Below are positions 46,041 through 59,409 of a stretch of DNA of 64,000 nucleotides, in pieces. The stretch is taken from contig CM059432.1 in NCBI GenBank assembly GCA_030390025.1, positions 79,672,001 through 79,736,000 on the forward strand, given 5' to 3'. This DNA comes from Squalus acanthias. Lineage: Eukaryota. Positions within the stretch are counted from its first letter, which is position 1. The number at the start of each line of letters is the position of its first letter. The translations under genes were made by a program, and so were the position numbers. Below the pieces are notes generated by a model, which searched no databases, had not been told where the DNA came from, and saw nothing but the letters and a program-made list of their open reading frames with translations.

Positions 46041-46355
46041 TGGTGTACTAAAACAATTTCACCAGTTCAGATATGTGTACTGGAGTTGAACTGACTTGAA
46101 AATCTGAATTTGGTTTGGTTCACTCAGTGATGAGTTCTAATGACTGAACATCTGCACTGCTGAAACTGCTTGCTTGGCAGCTCTGGTGCTGATATTCAGT
46201 TGCTACTCTTTTGATTCTTCGTGTTAAGTTCACCACATGTGGGTGCTGAATAATTTTTCTCCTGTATTGAAACGTGTATTCAACAAGAACTGTGGAAAAA
46301 ACATTAAGTACTTATAATTTTGTTGACATGAAGTTGGCTAATCCTTCTACCACAG

Positions 46356-46457
46356 GCAATATAAAGAGAGGAGAGATCAAGAACCACCAGCATACATTGA
46401 AGAGGACCACAAGGAAGAATACAGAAGACGACCTGTTTCAGCGGCGGGAAAATCTAG
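46356..46457 (+). CDS. CSPP1: CSPP1 coding exon 8 (phase 2 to 2), QYKERRDQEPPAYIEEDHKEEYRRRPVSAAGKS
   Basis: CTAAT branch, CACAG acceptor, AG|GTAAAT donor, open frame; RPVSAAGKS resembles recalled RISSAENKS. Confidence 0.8.
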
Positions 46458-46787
46458 GTAAATGTCCATAATCTTGCATTTTCATATTCCATGGCAAGAG
46501 TATCCAGCATACAGCTCCTGAGCCCAGACAATCCGGCCCTATTTGTACTTAGGTTTCAACTTTGCCGGTTTGTCCTGCTTGAATTTAATGTGCATTGTAA
46601 ATCAGGACACAAAGATATGTTAGTATCAGCAAGTTTAGATCTATTCAAATTAATGGGAACATGGATTTAAACTTCACATAGGTGGTCCTCAAGGCTCCAT
46701 AGAATGCACTTATACAGTCCATAAGAACAAAGGTTTGACACCTCTATTCGATGGAACACAACAAGCAAAAAAAGTTTTTTTTTTATT

Positions 46788-46980
46788 TGTTCCTTCATAG
46801 TCGCTGGGTCAAAATCCTGGAACTCCCTCCCTAACAGCACTGTGGGAGTACCTTCACCACATGGACTGCAGCGGCTCAAGAAGGCGGCTCACAACCACCT
46901 TCTCAAGGGCAATTAGGGATAGGCAATAAATGCTGGCCATTAACCAATCCTCAATCCATCCTGGCAACGAATTAAAAAAA
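46788..46980 (+). mobile_element. 3' end of the tRNA-headed LINE family
   Basis: CACCTTCTCAAGGGCAATTAGGGATAGGCAATAAATGCTGGCC tail. Confidence 0.85.
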
Positions 46981-46994
46981 CTAAATCTTGAGAC

Positions 46995-47375
46995 CCGCTC
47001 AGCCGAGTACTGCAGAGCAGTCCAGGCAGCGGAATCGTTGCGTCAGCACGCCAATGGTCTGTTCTATCAGATTTCGTGTGGCAGCGTGGCTCTCATTGTA
47101 TGCGTGCTGCGCATGGTTGCGAACCGGAGTCATGAACCATGTCCTCAGTGGATTGCCCTCGTCGCCCAGTAGCCACCCTTTGGTTTGCCATGTTGGCTGA
47201 AATACAGCTGGCACAGCGGACTGCTGTAGAATGAATGCATCGTGACTGCTGCCAGGAAACCGAGCATTGACCTGCATAATGCGTTGCCTACGGTCACACA
47301 CCAGTTACACGTTGAGGGAATGGAATCCCTTTCAGTTCAGGTACATGGCAGAGTTAACGTGAGGTGCACACAAAG
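46995..47375 (-). pseudogene. Harbinger transposase fragment (catalytic core)
   Basis: ARFPGSSHDAFIL...WLLGDEGNPL...MTP...RNLIEQTIGVLTQRFRCLD. Confidence 0.88.
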
Positions 47376-47379
47376 CAAT

Positions 47380-48770
47380 GTGTAATAGACTAAGTGGCGA
47401 CAAATCCCCTGGACCTGATGACCTGCATCCTAGGGTTATAAAAGAGGTAGCTGCACAGATATTAGATGCACTGGTATTAATCTTCCAGAATTCCCTAGAT
47501 TCTAGAACAGTCCCCAAGGATTGGAAGGTAGCAAACCTAACCCCGCTATTTAAGAAAGGAGGAAGAGAAAAAAACGGGGAACTATAGGCCAGTTAGCCTG
47601 ACATCAGTAGTAGGCAGAATGCTAGAATCTAGTATTAGGGACGTGGTAACAGGGCACTTAAATCATAATATGATTAGGCAGAGTCAACATGGTTTTATGA
47701 AAGGGAAATCGTATTTGACAAATTTATTAGTTTTTTGAAGATGTAACTAGTAGGATGGATAAGGGGGGAACCAGTGGATGTAGTGTATTTGGATTTTCAA
47801 AAAGCATTCGATAAGGTGCCACACGAGGTTATTACACAAAATTAGGACTCATGGTATTGGGGGTAATATATTAGCATGGATTGGTTAATGGACAGAAAAC
47901 AACAGAGTAGGAATAAACGGGACTTTTTCAGGTTGGCAGGCTGTAACTAGTAGGGTACCGCAAGGATCCGTGCTTGGGCCTCAGCTATTTACAATCTATA
48001 TTAATGACTTAGATGAAGGGACGGAGTGTAACGTATCCAAGTTTGCTGATGATACAAAGTTAGGTGGGAAAGTAAGCTGTGACGAGGACGCAACGAGACT
48101 GCAGAGCGATATAGACAGGTTGACTGAGTGGGCAAGAACATGGCAAATGGAATACAATGTGGGGAAGTGTGAAGTTATGCACTTTGGTAGGAAAAACAAA
48201 AAAGCAGAATATTTTTTGAATGGTGAGAGACTGGGAAATGTTTGCACTCAGAGGGACCTGGGTGTCCTTATACATGAATCACAGAAAGTTAACATGCAGG
48301 TACAGCAAGCAATTCAGCAAGCAATTAGGAAAGCAAATAGTATGTTAGCTTTTGTTACAAAGGGATTAGAGTATAAGAGTAAAGAAGTCTTACTACAGTT
48401 ATACAGGGCATTGGTGAGACCGCACCTAGAGTACTGTGTACAGTTCTGATCTCCTTGCCTAAGGAACAACATACTTGCCTTAGAGGGAGTGCAGCGAAGG
48501 TTCGCTAGACAGGTTCCTGGGATGAGGGGATTGCCCTATGAGGAGAGATTGAGTAGATTAGGCCTATATTCCTTAGAGTTTAGAAGAATTGAAACATATA
48601 ACATTTTTAAGGGGCTTGACAGGGTTAATGCTGAGAAAATGTTTCCCCTGGCTGGGGAATCTAGAACATGGGGTCACAGTCACAGAATAAGGGGTAGGCA
48701 ATTTAGGACTGAGATGAGGAGACATTTCTTCACTCAAAGGGTTGTGAATCTTTGAAATTCTCTACCCCAC
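47380..48770 (+). mobile_element. CR1 ORF2 fragment
   Basis: KSPGPDDLHPRV, SKFADDTKLGG, RPHLEYCVQF. Confidence 0.92.
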
Positions 48771-48912
48771 ATGTACATGTCATCCCAGAAAGTGTAAGTT
48801 AATACATTTATCTGTGGAGTTGTTATAAAGCCATTATTATCTTTGGTTATGTCTTGCTGCATAGTAATGATGTGTTGACTGTCATAGTCTTATGCTTTTA
48901 CTGTACCAATAG

Positions 48913-49007
48913 ATATTTGATAAATGAAGTACATGACTCTCAGAGAGAACGCTCCAAGTCTGCTTCAGTGAAAGATGATGTTACGTTTGGTACAGGATTG
49001 TTGTTGG
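48913..49007 (+). CDS. CSPP1: CSPP1 coding exon 9 (phase 2 to 1), YLINEVHDSQRERSKSASVKDDVTFGTGLLL
   Basis: SKSA...F.G.L.G resembles recalled SKSANQDTCSPFAGMLFG; GTAAGT donor. Confidence 0.87.
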
Positions 49008-49773
49008 GTAAGTCAAAGCCACAACTTTTGTTAAATGTTATGAACTAGTATATTACTTGCAACCAGACTGTGAAGTAGATTCTTGTGAACCAAGATCTGA
49101 ACATACAGTCGGCATGAGCATTCAAGTTCTTAGTCAACCCTTTTGACTGACAATCACACTCTTCCCCAGAAAGGGGGAATAACTCTTCAAAACATATTTG
49201 CATGGAAAATACAAAAAATAAATTTGAAGTTTTTTTTTGGTCCTCCCTTTCCCAATTTTCTCTACTTTTGTCTTTCCCAAAACTTCTGACTCATGTTGGG
49301 GTCTTGTTCTTTGGGTATTGGCAGCTCTCCAGTACCTTACCCAAATGGTCATTCTTCATCATGTTAAACTGGACAGTGGAATTCAGCAGGATATTTGATC
49401 GGTCTTGTCATCCCCTGCCTTCCACACATGCACACTTTTTCGCAGGATGGAACCTTGGCTGACTTTTTTATTCTTTTGTATTTCTTTAGCACAGGACTAT
49501 TGAATCCAATTGTAATACCATGTCTGAAGTTGATAATTTGGCAAAGATCAGGGATCAAACCTGAACCTGATATTAATGGCTCAGTACTATTGATAATTTA
49601 CCCCAGAGATGCTGGGGGAAAGGGAAGCATTAAATCTGAATATTTTTTTTCTTATCAAATTTTTCTTCTCCTTTTCTCGCCTAAAGGCTGTGATTCGTTA
49701 CTCTGTTATTCTGTGGATGCTTCATCCAGAAGGCTATTATTGCGCTTTGACGGAAAGTATTGGCAGACTGTTT

Positions 49774-50583
49774 GGGCTGGATTTTGTCTGGGGGCGTGTT
49801 GGTGGGTGGCACTGCTGGTTGTCGGGTTTCAGTCCCGCCCCCAACGACGTTCGGCCAACCCACGCTATTTTCCCTTGATTGACCTTGTTAAGCCTGCCCT
49901 GCGGGCTTAGCCGGCCAATTAAGGGAAAGCCAGTGACCGAGGACGTCAGCGTATGACGTTTCATCTGTCAAATTTTTGACAGATGAATTGTCAGCGTTTG
50001 ACAGCTTTGAGAAGCTGTCAAACATTGACAATCTCTGTTCTAAGGTGAGCCCTTGTACTGAAGGCTCACTAAACCTCTTTCCACAGCAGAAATCAGATGG
50101 CTGCTGCATCTGAGCATGCAGCAGCCATTCTGTCATCTCTGCTGTTGAGATGAGGCACCTCCGGATCCCCAAGGGTTGAAGCCTGCAGGAAGAAGCAAAG
50201 GGAAGTAAATTTTTTCTAACACTTACACTTACCTCTCCACACTTGCACCCATCACTCACCTCCACAGCGGTTTTCGATCCCTCTCGCCCCTGCAGACCCA
50301 CTGCTTGCCTCGCTGACCCTGGCGAGGTTTGCAGCCGTCGGGAAGCCCGCACTTGCAGGGGTAAAATGGGGATAAGCCTCAAAACTGCCTGTTAACTACC
50401 TGTTAACAGGCAGTTAATTGGCTCTAATCCCCTTCCCACTTCGAGGAGACGGGTCCCTGCGCGAGTCGGGGACCCGCCTCCCGGGAAGATGGCACGGAGG
50501 TGGGTTCCCGCTCCCAGTTTCTGCCATTTTCCCGCCAGTCCCGCCTCCATACCCGCCTCCCCAAGGCTGACAAAATTCCCCCC
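49774..50583. mobile_element. Harbinger-like MITE (family B), inverted relative to 38775-39605
   Basis: TIRs GGGCTGGATTTT / AAAATTCCCCCC; 3-bp TSD TTT. Confidence 0.85.
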
Positions 50584-51544
50584 TTTGACTACGGGAGCAT
50601 CAGAGTCAAGCCTAATCCTGCCCTCACCTGATATTCACACCTGCAATTTTGCAGGCCTACATCAAAATATTGGCTGTTTTGTTCAAACAAACCTTCAGGG
50701 TGAAATGAGTCCTGCCTTTATTCATATTTTTCCCATACCTTCCAAATGTTGTAAAATCTATAAACTTGCTATTGTTTCACAATTATCATTAAATTCTATG
50801 TGGAATGCTTTGAATTTTCTAAACCACACATTCTGGAAATATTTTACTTTGTGCCAGATTCTTCTCTCCAAAATTAATCTCTTTCTTCCAACCCCCTTCT
50901 CCTCAACGTCGGTCCCATGAACTCTGCTCGAATGATCGCCTATAACATCACAAAATGTATGTGTGTTATAGGAGAACGGTCATTAGAGGCCACTATTTTT
51001 AAAAGAAACGTTGTAAACTGACTGTTAATTGAGTATTCTCCCAAGACATGATTCACTGCATCCTATGGAATGTATAGATTGGAAATTAACTCCCCACAAT
51101 TTAATGTTTATCCTGTATTTGTTGTGCTTTAAATATTAATTGTCAAATCACTAATCTTAAATATTTGTGGCATCTGTTCCTCTGTCCTAAATTTGATTTG
51201 CAATGAAAACTACACACAAATACTAAAAGGAATTTAAGGAGAGGGGTTAATTGGGTTAGGGTGTGCAAATATAATTCAGTCCACATTTTGAAGTCTTGCC
51301 TTCTGTCTCACTTTTTTCCATTATAAATTTTAATGTCCACATTTATAATGGAAACTGACTATGTAAATTAGTCATGCTGTAACTGAACCCTTCTGCCAAT
51401 TGTGATGCTGCAGTGGCTCCACTGGTAGAGTTTAATTACAACATAACAAAATTACATAGGAAATAGAAAAAAATGGCAAAGTTTGTGGAGGTGCAAGTTT
51501 TACTATATTAAATAGACACACAGAATATACTTAACATTTCACAA

Positions 51545-51742
51545 ATGGGTCGGAAAGGAATTTCCCAGATTTTGTCCCCAAATTGGCCTGGGCTGTTTTT
51601 CTGTTTTTTTTTGCCTCTCCCAGGAGATCACCTGGTTTCGGGTGGGGTGGAGTATATATTGTGATACACAAGATATCATAATTGTGTGGGACAGGCTCGA
51701 TGAACTAGAGGGTCTTTACCTGTCCGTCATTGTTCATATGTT
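51545..51742 (+). mobile_element. Probable CR1-type 3' UTR
   Basis: Ends GGACAGGCTCGATGAACTAGAGGGTCTTTACCTGTCC...TATGTT, a terminal stem-loop like other CR1 tails. Confidence 0.5.
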
Positions 51743-53269
51743 AAATGTGCCATATATCTACAATTGAAAGAAAAGAATGCTAAATAAGCTATTTTGTTTG
51801 AATTGCAGCATTGCCAGTGGCAGTAGGAGTCATTTTTTATAATGTAATTAGAATTTGGCACTCTCAATACTGCTAGCCACCAGGGCCATCATTTTACATG
51901 ATGGGTAGTTTATGCTGATCTTTTATTAATACATTTTGCTTTTGAGCTCCAAATAACCTGGCTAAGATGTAAAACTTTAGGAGGAGCTTGAGTGAGAATA
52001 GAATTCCAGTGGTCAACTGATAATTTGGTTTACCTGAGAGTCCAATTCACCAGCATTAATTAACCTATTGAAATCCAAGATGAATTTGATCTGCCGCTGG
52101 TAAAAATGGAGATACCTCTCCACTATAATGCTAACCGGGCACTGATCTTCATACAGTAGCATAGAACTTCCATATCTTCCATACAAAAATATACTAAAAT
52201 TACGTTCTGTCTTTAGGACCCTGCAAGGAATCAATGCCTGGAATTGTCAACCTATATAAATGGTGACAAAATGGAGCATTTGAAATATGACTTCAAATTG
52301 GTCCTATGCTGCTAATTTTTGTGACAATTGTTATTCAACTGTTTTGTCATTATCATTATAATGCTAAACTGGCCATCGAGAGTGCAAAGTGTCAAATACA
52401 ACTACATCCCACATGCTGATGAGGTTGTATGGATCTTGGATACTGGGTGCTCTAGCTTCCTTTGGAACTCAAAACATCATTGCATGTGCAGGTATACAAA
52501 GCACAACACAAAATTGTTTGCACAGTGGTTCTTTGAGATTTGGGGAAGCTGAGGTGCTCATCTTCTATAACCTGACTAAGTTTATTATAATCAGTGTATC
52601 TAGTAAGAGGAGTCTAACTAGAGATTTTTTTAAATCAATTTTTACCGATTTCTGCCAGTAAATTCCTGGAATTTTTTTGGATTGTGAATTTTTCCTCCTG
52701 ACTTTTGAGGAAAAAAAATCACCAAATTTCTCATTGTTTTCTTAACAAAAATCAGGTCCACAGTTACATGTGCATCACATTTGTGATGTAAGAATGCAAA
52801 CTACATGCTGTATGTGCGATGCTGAGGTCTTGGATGTGATGCCCATACATCTCTGGACCCAATTATTTTTCTTTCTTTTGGCAGAATTTGGTTTCCTTAT
52901 GTTATGATTTTCACATTGCAAATTTATGCAGGATAAATGCATTAAAAACAAAGGCTCTAGATTGGATGGACTTGTTCTGTTGGAGAAAGGTGCCTACTTT
53001 TATTAAGTTTAATTTTCCAGTTTTCTTTTGTGAAACAGTGAACCAGATAAAGATTAATATTCAGAAAAGAATCTTTCTTGAAATTAGGAACATGCATATT
53101 TGTATTGAGAAATATGGCCAGATCTATGAGCTTTGATGTACAGGTCTTCCACACCTCAAAGTTATATACCTCACAATTGTTGTTTGTATTCTTCATGTTT
53201 TATAATTATGGAATTATATACCTTGGAAATTGCAAATAAATACTGAGTATTTTGATTTGTTAAATCTTC

Positions 53270-54105
53270 CTGGGGGCTGGGTGGTTCATTAGGTTAGCAC
53301 ATTTTCCTTTTATCCCGGACTTCAAGGGTTAAGTTACGAGGAGAGATTAAACAAATTAGGGTTGTAATTCCCTCAAATTTAGAAGGTAAAGGGGTGATCT
53401 GATTGAAGTTTTCAAGATATTAAGGGGAACCGATAGGGTAGATAGAGAGAAACTATTTCTGCTGGTTGGGGATTCTAGGACTAGGGGCATAGTCTAAAAA
53501 TTAGAGCCAGACCTTTCAGGAGTGAAATTAGGAAACACTTGTACACACAAAGGGTGGTAGAAGTTTGCAACTCTCTTCCGCAAATGGCAATTGATGCTAG
53601 ATCAATTGTTAATTTTAAATCAGAGATTGATAGCTTTTTGTTAACTAAAGTTATTAAGGGTTATGGGCCAAAGGTGGGTATATGAGTTAGGTTGCAGATC
53701 AGCCATGATCTCATTGAATGGCGGAACAGGCTCGAGGGGCTCAATGGCCTACTCCTGTTCCTATGTTCATATCCTGGAATCTAGGTTTAAAGTCTAAAAA
53801 TATGAGATGCAAATCTCTTCCCTCTGGCTTTATGACGTGAAATGAGCACCTACATTCTAATGGGCATGTTCTTGTGGCATAAAAATTGCTTCTAATTGAA
53901 CATGAAATTGAATGTCATTTAAAGAAGCTAGAGGAATGGCTGTTGGGGAAACAGAAGTGTCACATTGGTACCGTAGAATTAAGGCACATTGTAGGGACAC
54001 AGTAGAGGGTGCTTCTATCTGGATCTATAGCTGTACTTGATGCTCAAAGGTAGAACACTTCTATTTCCCAATACGGGCATTCTCACCTTGCAAAGCACAA
54101 AAATA
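53270..54105 (+). mobile_element. Degenerate LF-SINE-like element interrupted by a CR1 3' fragment (~53312-53768)
   Basis: The CR1 part is clear. Flanks retain GTGAAATGAG, GGCACATTG, GCTGTAC and CACCTT..AGCAC, words recalled from LF-SINE. Confidence 0.45.
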
Positions 54106-54189
54106 ATGAAATCTTTAATATAGTTACTTACACTTTACTAACTTTAATTGTGGTGTTGTCATTTCTATAAGTGTGCATATATATACTTG

Positions 54190-56225
54190 GTAGAATCATA
54201 CAGCACAGAAGGAGGCCATTCGGCCCATCGTGCCTGTGCTGGCTCTTTGGTAGAACTATCCAATTAGCCCTGCTCCCCTGCTCTTTCCCCCTAGCACTAT
54301 AATTATATTCTCCAAGTATTTATACAGTTCCCTTTTGAAAGTTGTGATTGAATATACTTCCACCACACTTTTAGGTTGTGCATTCCAGATCACAACAACT
54401 CATTGCGTAAAAAAAAAATGTCCTCAGGTTGCCTCTGATTCTTTTGTCAATCATCTTAAATCTGTGTTCTCTACCAACCATTCTGCCACTGGAAACCGTT
54501 TCTCTTTATTTCCTCTCAAAACTGTTCATAATTTTGAACACCTCTATCAAATCTCCTCTTAACCTTCTCTGCTCTAAAGAAGAACAACCCCAGCTTCTCC
54601 AGTCTCTCGACATAACTGAAGTCTCTCATCCCTGGTACCAATCTAATAAATCTCTCCTGCAGTCTCTCTAAGGCCTTGACATCCATCCAAAAGTGTGGTG
54701 CCCAGGATTGAGCACAATACTTCAGCTGAGGCTTAACCAGTGCTTTATAAAAGGTTTAGCAGAACTTCCTTGCTTTTGTACTCTCTGACTCTATTAATAA
54801 AGCCATGGATCTCATATGCTTTTTTAACAGCCTTCTTAACTTGTCCTGCCACCTTCAAAGATTAGTGTACATATGCCCCTCTGTTCCTGCGCCCTCTTTA
54901 AAATTGTACCATTTAGTTTATATTGCCTCTCCTCATTCTTCCTACTAAAATGCATCACTTCACACTTCTCACATCTGCCATATGTCTGCCCATTTCACCA
55001 GTCTGTCTATGTCCTCTTGAAGTCTATTACTATCTGCCTCATTGTTTACTACATTTACGAGTTCTGGTGTCATCAGCAAACTTTGAAATTGTGCCCTGTA
55101 TACCCAAGTCCAGGTCATTAATATATATCAAAAACAACAGTGGTCCCAACACTGACCCCTGGGGGACACCACTGCACACTTCCCTCCCGTCTGAAAAACA
55201 ACCATTCACCACTACTCTCTGCTTTCTGTTCCTTAACCAGTTTTGTATCCATGCAGGCACTGCTCCTTTAATCCCATTGGCTTCAATTTTGCTAACAAGT
55301 CTATTGTGAGTTACTTTATCAAACGCCTTTTGAAAGTCCATATACACATCAACCGCACTACCCTGATCTACCTTCTCTTTAACTTCATCAAAGAACTCAT
55401 TCAATTTAGTCAAACACGATTTGCCTTTAATAAATCCGTAGTGGTTTTTATTTATTAACTCGTATTATGATCACTGTTCCCCAACTGCTCCCGTACTGAA
55501 ACATGCTCCACTTGTTCTACTTCATTCCCCAGAACTAGATCCAGCACTGTTTCCTTCCTCTTTGGGCTGGGAACACAGTGATCAAGAAAGTTCTCTTGTA
55601 CACATTTCAGGAATTCCTCCCCCTCTTTGCCCTTTACACTGTTACTATCCCAGTCTATATTAGGAGAATTGAAGTCCTCCACTATCACTACTCTAATCAC
55701 ATACATCTTTCTGTAATTTGCCTGAAAATTTGCTCCTCAATCTCCTTCCCACTATTTAATGTCCTATAGTATACACCCAGTAGCATAATAACTCCTCTAT
55801 TGTTCCTTAATTCTAACCAAATAGATTATGTCTTTCAACTACATCATCCCTCTCCAGTACTATAATAGTTTTGTTGATCAGTACTGCCACCCCTCCTCCT
55901 TTTTCCCCTTCCCTATCTTTCCTGAATACCTTGTAGCCAGGAATATTAAGGTCCCAATCCTCCCATTCTTTGAGCCAGGTCTCTGTTATTGCCACTTTGT
56001 CATAGTCCCATGTGGTGTCTTGTGCTGCAGCTCATCAACCTTATTTACCATGCTACGTACATTTATGCACATGCGCTCCAAGCCTATCTTAGACTGCCTT
56101 ACATTTGCCACCTGTCTGATCCCTCCTGTTTCTGAACTAGTGCTATTTGTCTCTCCCAGTTCTCTGCGCACCTTGTTTCTCCTGTCACATGTTTCATCCT
56201 GGTGCCCATCCCTCTGCTAAATTAG
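54190..56225 (-). mobile_element. CR1 ORF2 (EN + RT) with internal deletion near 55460
   Basis: [64 protein letters not shown]. Confidence 0.9.
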
Positions 56226-57029
56226 TGTACCTTTCAGTGCATATAAAGATCATAAAATAGATGGCTCAATGAAAAGTTAAACTAAGTTAAATGAGTACTC
56301 TATTCGCTTTTCACAGTGGAGGAAGAGGACAAGATACCAGCGGTACAAGCAAACCTATAAATATGTCAAGGGGAGGAACTTGATTTAGTATAAGTTTAAA
56401 AAAAAAAGGTAATGAAGTAAATAATGGGACTTATGATGGGCAGATCTCTAGAGCAAGATTGATGATAGACTGATAGTTTCCACCTCAGAGTATTAAAAGA
56501 AGTAGGTGAGGAAATTGCAGATGCATTAATCATAATTTTCCAAACCAATTTTTTAAGGAAGTCACTAACTTCCTTTTTAAGGAAGTGTCTGTGGATGTTG
56601 TCTATATGGACTTCCAGAAGGCATTTGATAAGGTTCCACACAAGAAATTAACAAAAATAAAAGCACACAGAATTGGAGGTAACCATGTGACTTTCTTTAA
56701 ACGTTCACTAAGCAAGTGGAACAACTGGCCTTAGATAGTGAAATGTAGGTGTTTTTATTTTTCATGTTTTTAGTTTTTAATTCAAATAAGAACTACATTT
56801 GTGGTGGTTAACACAATTTTAAAAACTCCTAATTCAACAGTTTTGTGATCCGATTGGGACCTCTCATATCTCTAAATTGTTGTGAATATATATTTGAAAA
56901 GGTGTGTAAATAGTCCATTAGGCTTTCAGGAAATTTTTCAAACTTAGTATGGGATCTCTTTTTAATGTCAGATGGTGGACATTACTGATTGCTGTCTTAT
57001 CAAAAATTATCGACCAGGGAGTGGAGCAT

Positions 57030-57490
57030 TTTTTAAATCATTCTTTGGGATGTTGGTGTGGCTGGCAAAGCTGGCATTTATTGCCCATCCCTGCTTGCCC
57101 TTGAGAAGGTGGTGGTGGGCCTTTTTGAACCGCTATAATCCATGTGATTAAGGTAATCTCAAAATGCTATTAGATAGGGAGTTCAAGATTTTTGATCCAG
57201 TGACTATGAAGAAATGGCGATATATATGCAACATGCATGCAGAGCTCCTAGAAGCACACCTTATTGTGATATGCTAACTGCAACATAGCTTAGTTCTCTC
57301 ATAAGAACATAAGAACTAGAAGCAGGAGTAGGCCATTTAGCCCCTCGAGCCTGCTCCGCCATTCAATAAGATCATGGCTGATCTTCTACCTCAACGCCAC
57401 TTTGCTCCACTATCCCCATATCCCTTGATTCCCTTAATATCCAAAAAATCTATCGATCTCTGTCTTGAATATACTCAATGACTGAGCCTC
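57030..57490 (-). mobile_element. LINE 3' ends (tRNA-headed family ~57030-57230; CR1 ~57300-57490)
   Basis: Tails match copies elsewhere in the window. Confidence 0.8.
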
Positions 57491-57753
57491 TCGCCTCTGC
57501 TTGTATTGCTTAGATACCAGTCTAACCCCCTTTTCTTCACTATTTGGTTCAAAAGTCAAACAAAACACTGCTGAATAGAAGTCACTCTCTACAAAATGGG
57601 CCACTCTTTTGTTTATTGTTAGTTGTGAAATGATTGTAAATTAGTGGGTTGCTCATAGTTATGTAATGAGATGTTTGGCGAATCTTTGTTTTTCAGTAAA
57701 ATTTGGAAAAAGATGAGTGGTGCAACTTTATTGATATTAATCATAATCTTTAG

Positions 57754-57850
57754 GTAACAATGAGCGAGAGAGTGCACAAAGGAGAAGAAGGGAAAGGTAC
57801 AGACAGGAATTGTTGGAACAAATATCAGAAAAACAGAAAAACAAGAAACG
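57754..57850 (+). CDS. CSPP1: CSPP1 coding exon 10 (phase 1 to 2), NNERESAQRRRRERYRQELLEQISEKQKNKK; gene continues beyond window
   Basis: Matches recalled [23 protein letters not shown]; TAG acceptor, GTAATT donor. Confidence 0.93.
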
Positions 57851-58763
57851 GTAATTCATAGTTGAATTAAATTGCTTTATAAATGTTTAAAACTTACAAT
57901 CAAAGACTACAATACCAATACTTAAAAGTTATTACTACTGGAACTAAAATTGTAATTAAATACTTAATTCACTTACGATTTTCTGATTTCCTTATAAACT
58001 AATTAATCTCAGTTGTCTTTAGTTTACAGACATGGGCTGATACATTATGAACCGCATAACTAACAAGTTAAGATGCTGTTCAATATTGAGGAAGAAATGC
58101 TGGTGAACCGTACTTTATAACTTCCACTTTGTTTTATATTTTATATAACTGCAAATGTATTATTAGGGACCTGATTGGTAACTAAAATTGAAAGTATATG
58201 GCTAGGCTTTCGGATTTTTCATTTTTTTTTCTTGAATTCTAATTTTTAAAGAAAGGAGTGAGATCAGTTGTGAGCAAGTATGCTAAAATAAATTATTCTT
58301 AATTCCCTAACTGGCATTACTCCAGCAAGTCAACTCCTACTCAAAATGGATGTTTACAGGTTATTATGAAGGAACGTTGCAATCAAAAATTCTAGCATTT
58401 GAAGCAGAAAATTATTCTCTAAAGGGCAAATACTTTCAATATAAAGTATTACTGCATCTCGAAAAGCTTGGTTATTTATTTTTATATATAAAGGCTGGCG
58501 TAGTTAACCATTAGTGATGGAAGCTGACGTGGATCTTGGTGTGTAAATAAAATCATACCTTTGAAGGTTGAGATATACTTTAAAGAAAACATGTTTGCTG
58601 TAAACTACTGGGTGAAGAAAAGCATTATAGATTGTTTGAAAATAAAGACAAGCCGCCCTACTTTTGAAGGGTGTTTTTCAAATAAAAATGTCTTTATTTT
58701 TCTATATAACTCGTGGATATATGTACTGTGCAGTGTGAAACTGAGCCATACATACTATCTTGA

Positions 58764-58890
58764 ATGACGAAAGGTCTTCGACCTGAAACGTTAACTCTGT
58801 TTCTCTCTCCACGGATGCTGCCTGGCCTGCTGAGTTTTCCCAGCGTTTTCTGTTGTTATTTCGGATTTCCAGCATCCGCAGTATTTTGCT
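58764..58890 (+). mobile_element. Penelope-like element terminal fragment with hammerhead-like core
   Basis: TGACGA-A-AGGTC-TTC-GACCT-GAAACGTT followed by GATGCTGCCTGGCCTGCTGAG; related degraded copies at ~31400 (+) and ~5180 (-). Confidence 0.65.
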
Positions 58891-59409
58891 ATCATATGAG
58901 CTTGAATGTCTGGTCTTTACTGAGTTATATGATCTCAGCCAGAATGACACTGGGGCATTAGAACTGGGCTCAATATCTCTGGACAAGGTTGATGGATTAC
59001 AAATGTTGGTGACAATCAAGTTAAATTTCATTATGTTGGATACCATGGTTAAGTAACCTGATGATTTGAAGTGTCTGGCTCAGGGCTACTGCTACTCATG
59101 GAATTATACTCCAACATGGGATGCTCTTTCTGGAGAAGAAGGGTAAGTGTAGAAAATCTGAGGAAAAACTATTGATTTTTATGGTTCTGCCATAGGGAAA
59201 AGGAGCTTGAACTCAGAGTTGCTGCTTCAGGAGCTGCAGACCCAGAGAACGAAGTAAGAACGTAACCTTTTTGTATGCATTGTTACATAGAGCTTCACTT
59301 TTTAATCCTTCTGCACCTTTAGTATGGGTATGACTTCTTTTTGCCATTGCTTGGGGTCGAGCTATACATTGTGAACTGTGAACACAGGCCTGTTTGTCAC
59401 TTGCAATGG

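Noticed and set aside
56230..56690. Twin-priming inversion of the adjacent CR1
   Set aside because: The + fragment overlaps RT sequence also present in the - copy and is more degraded, so it is probably an independent insertion.
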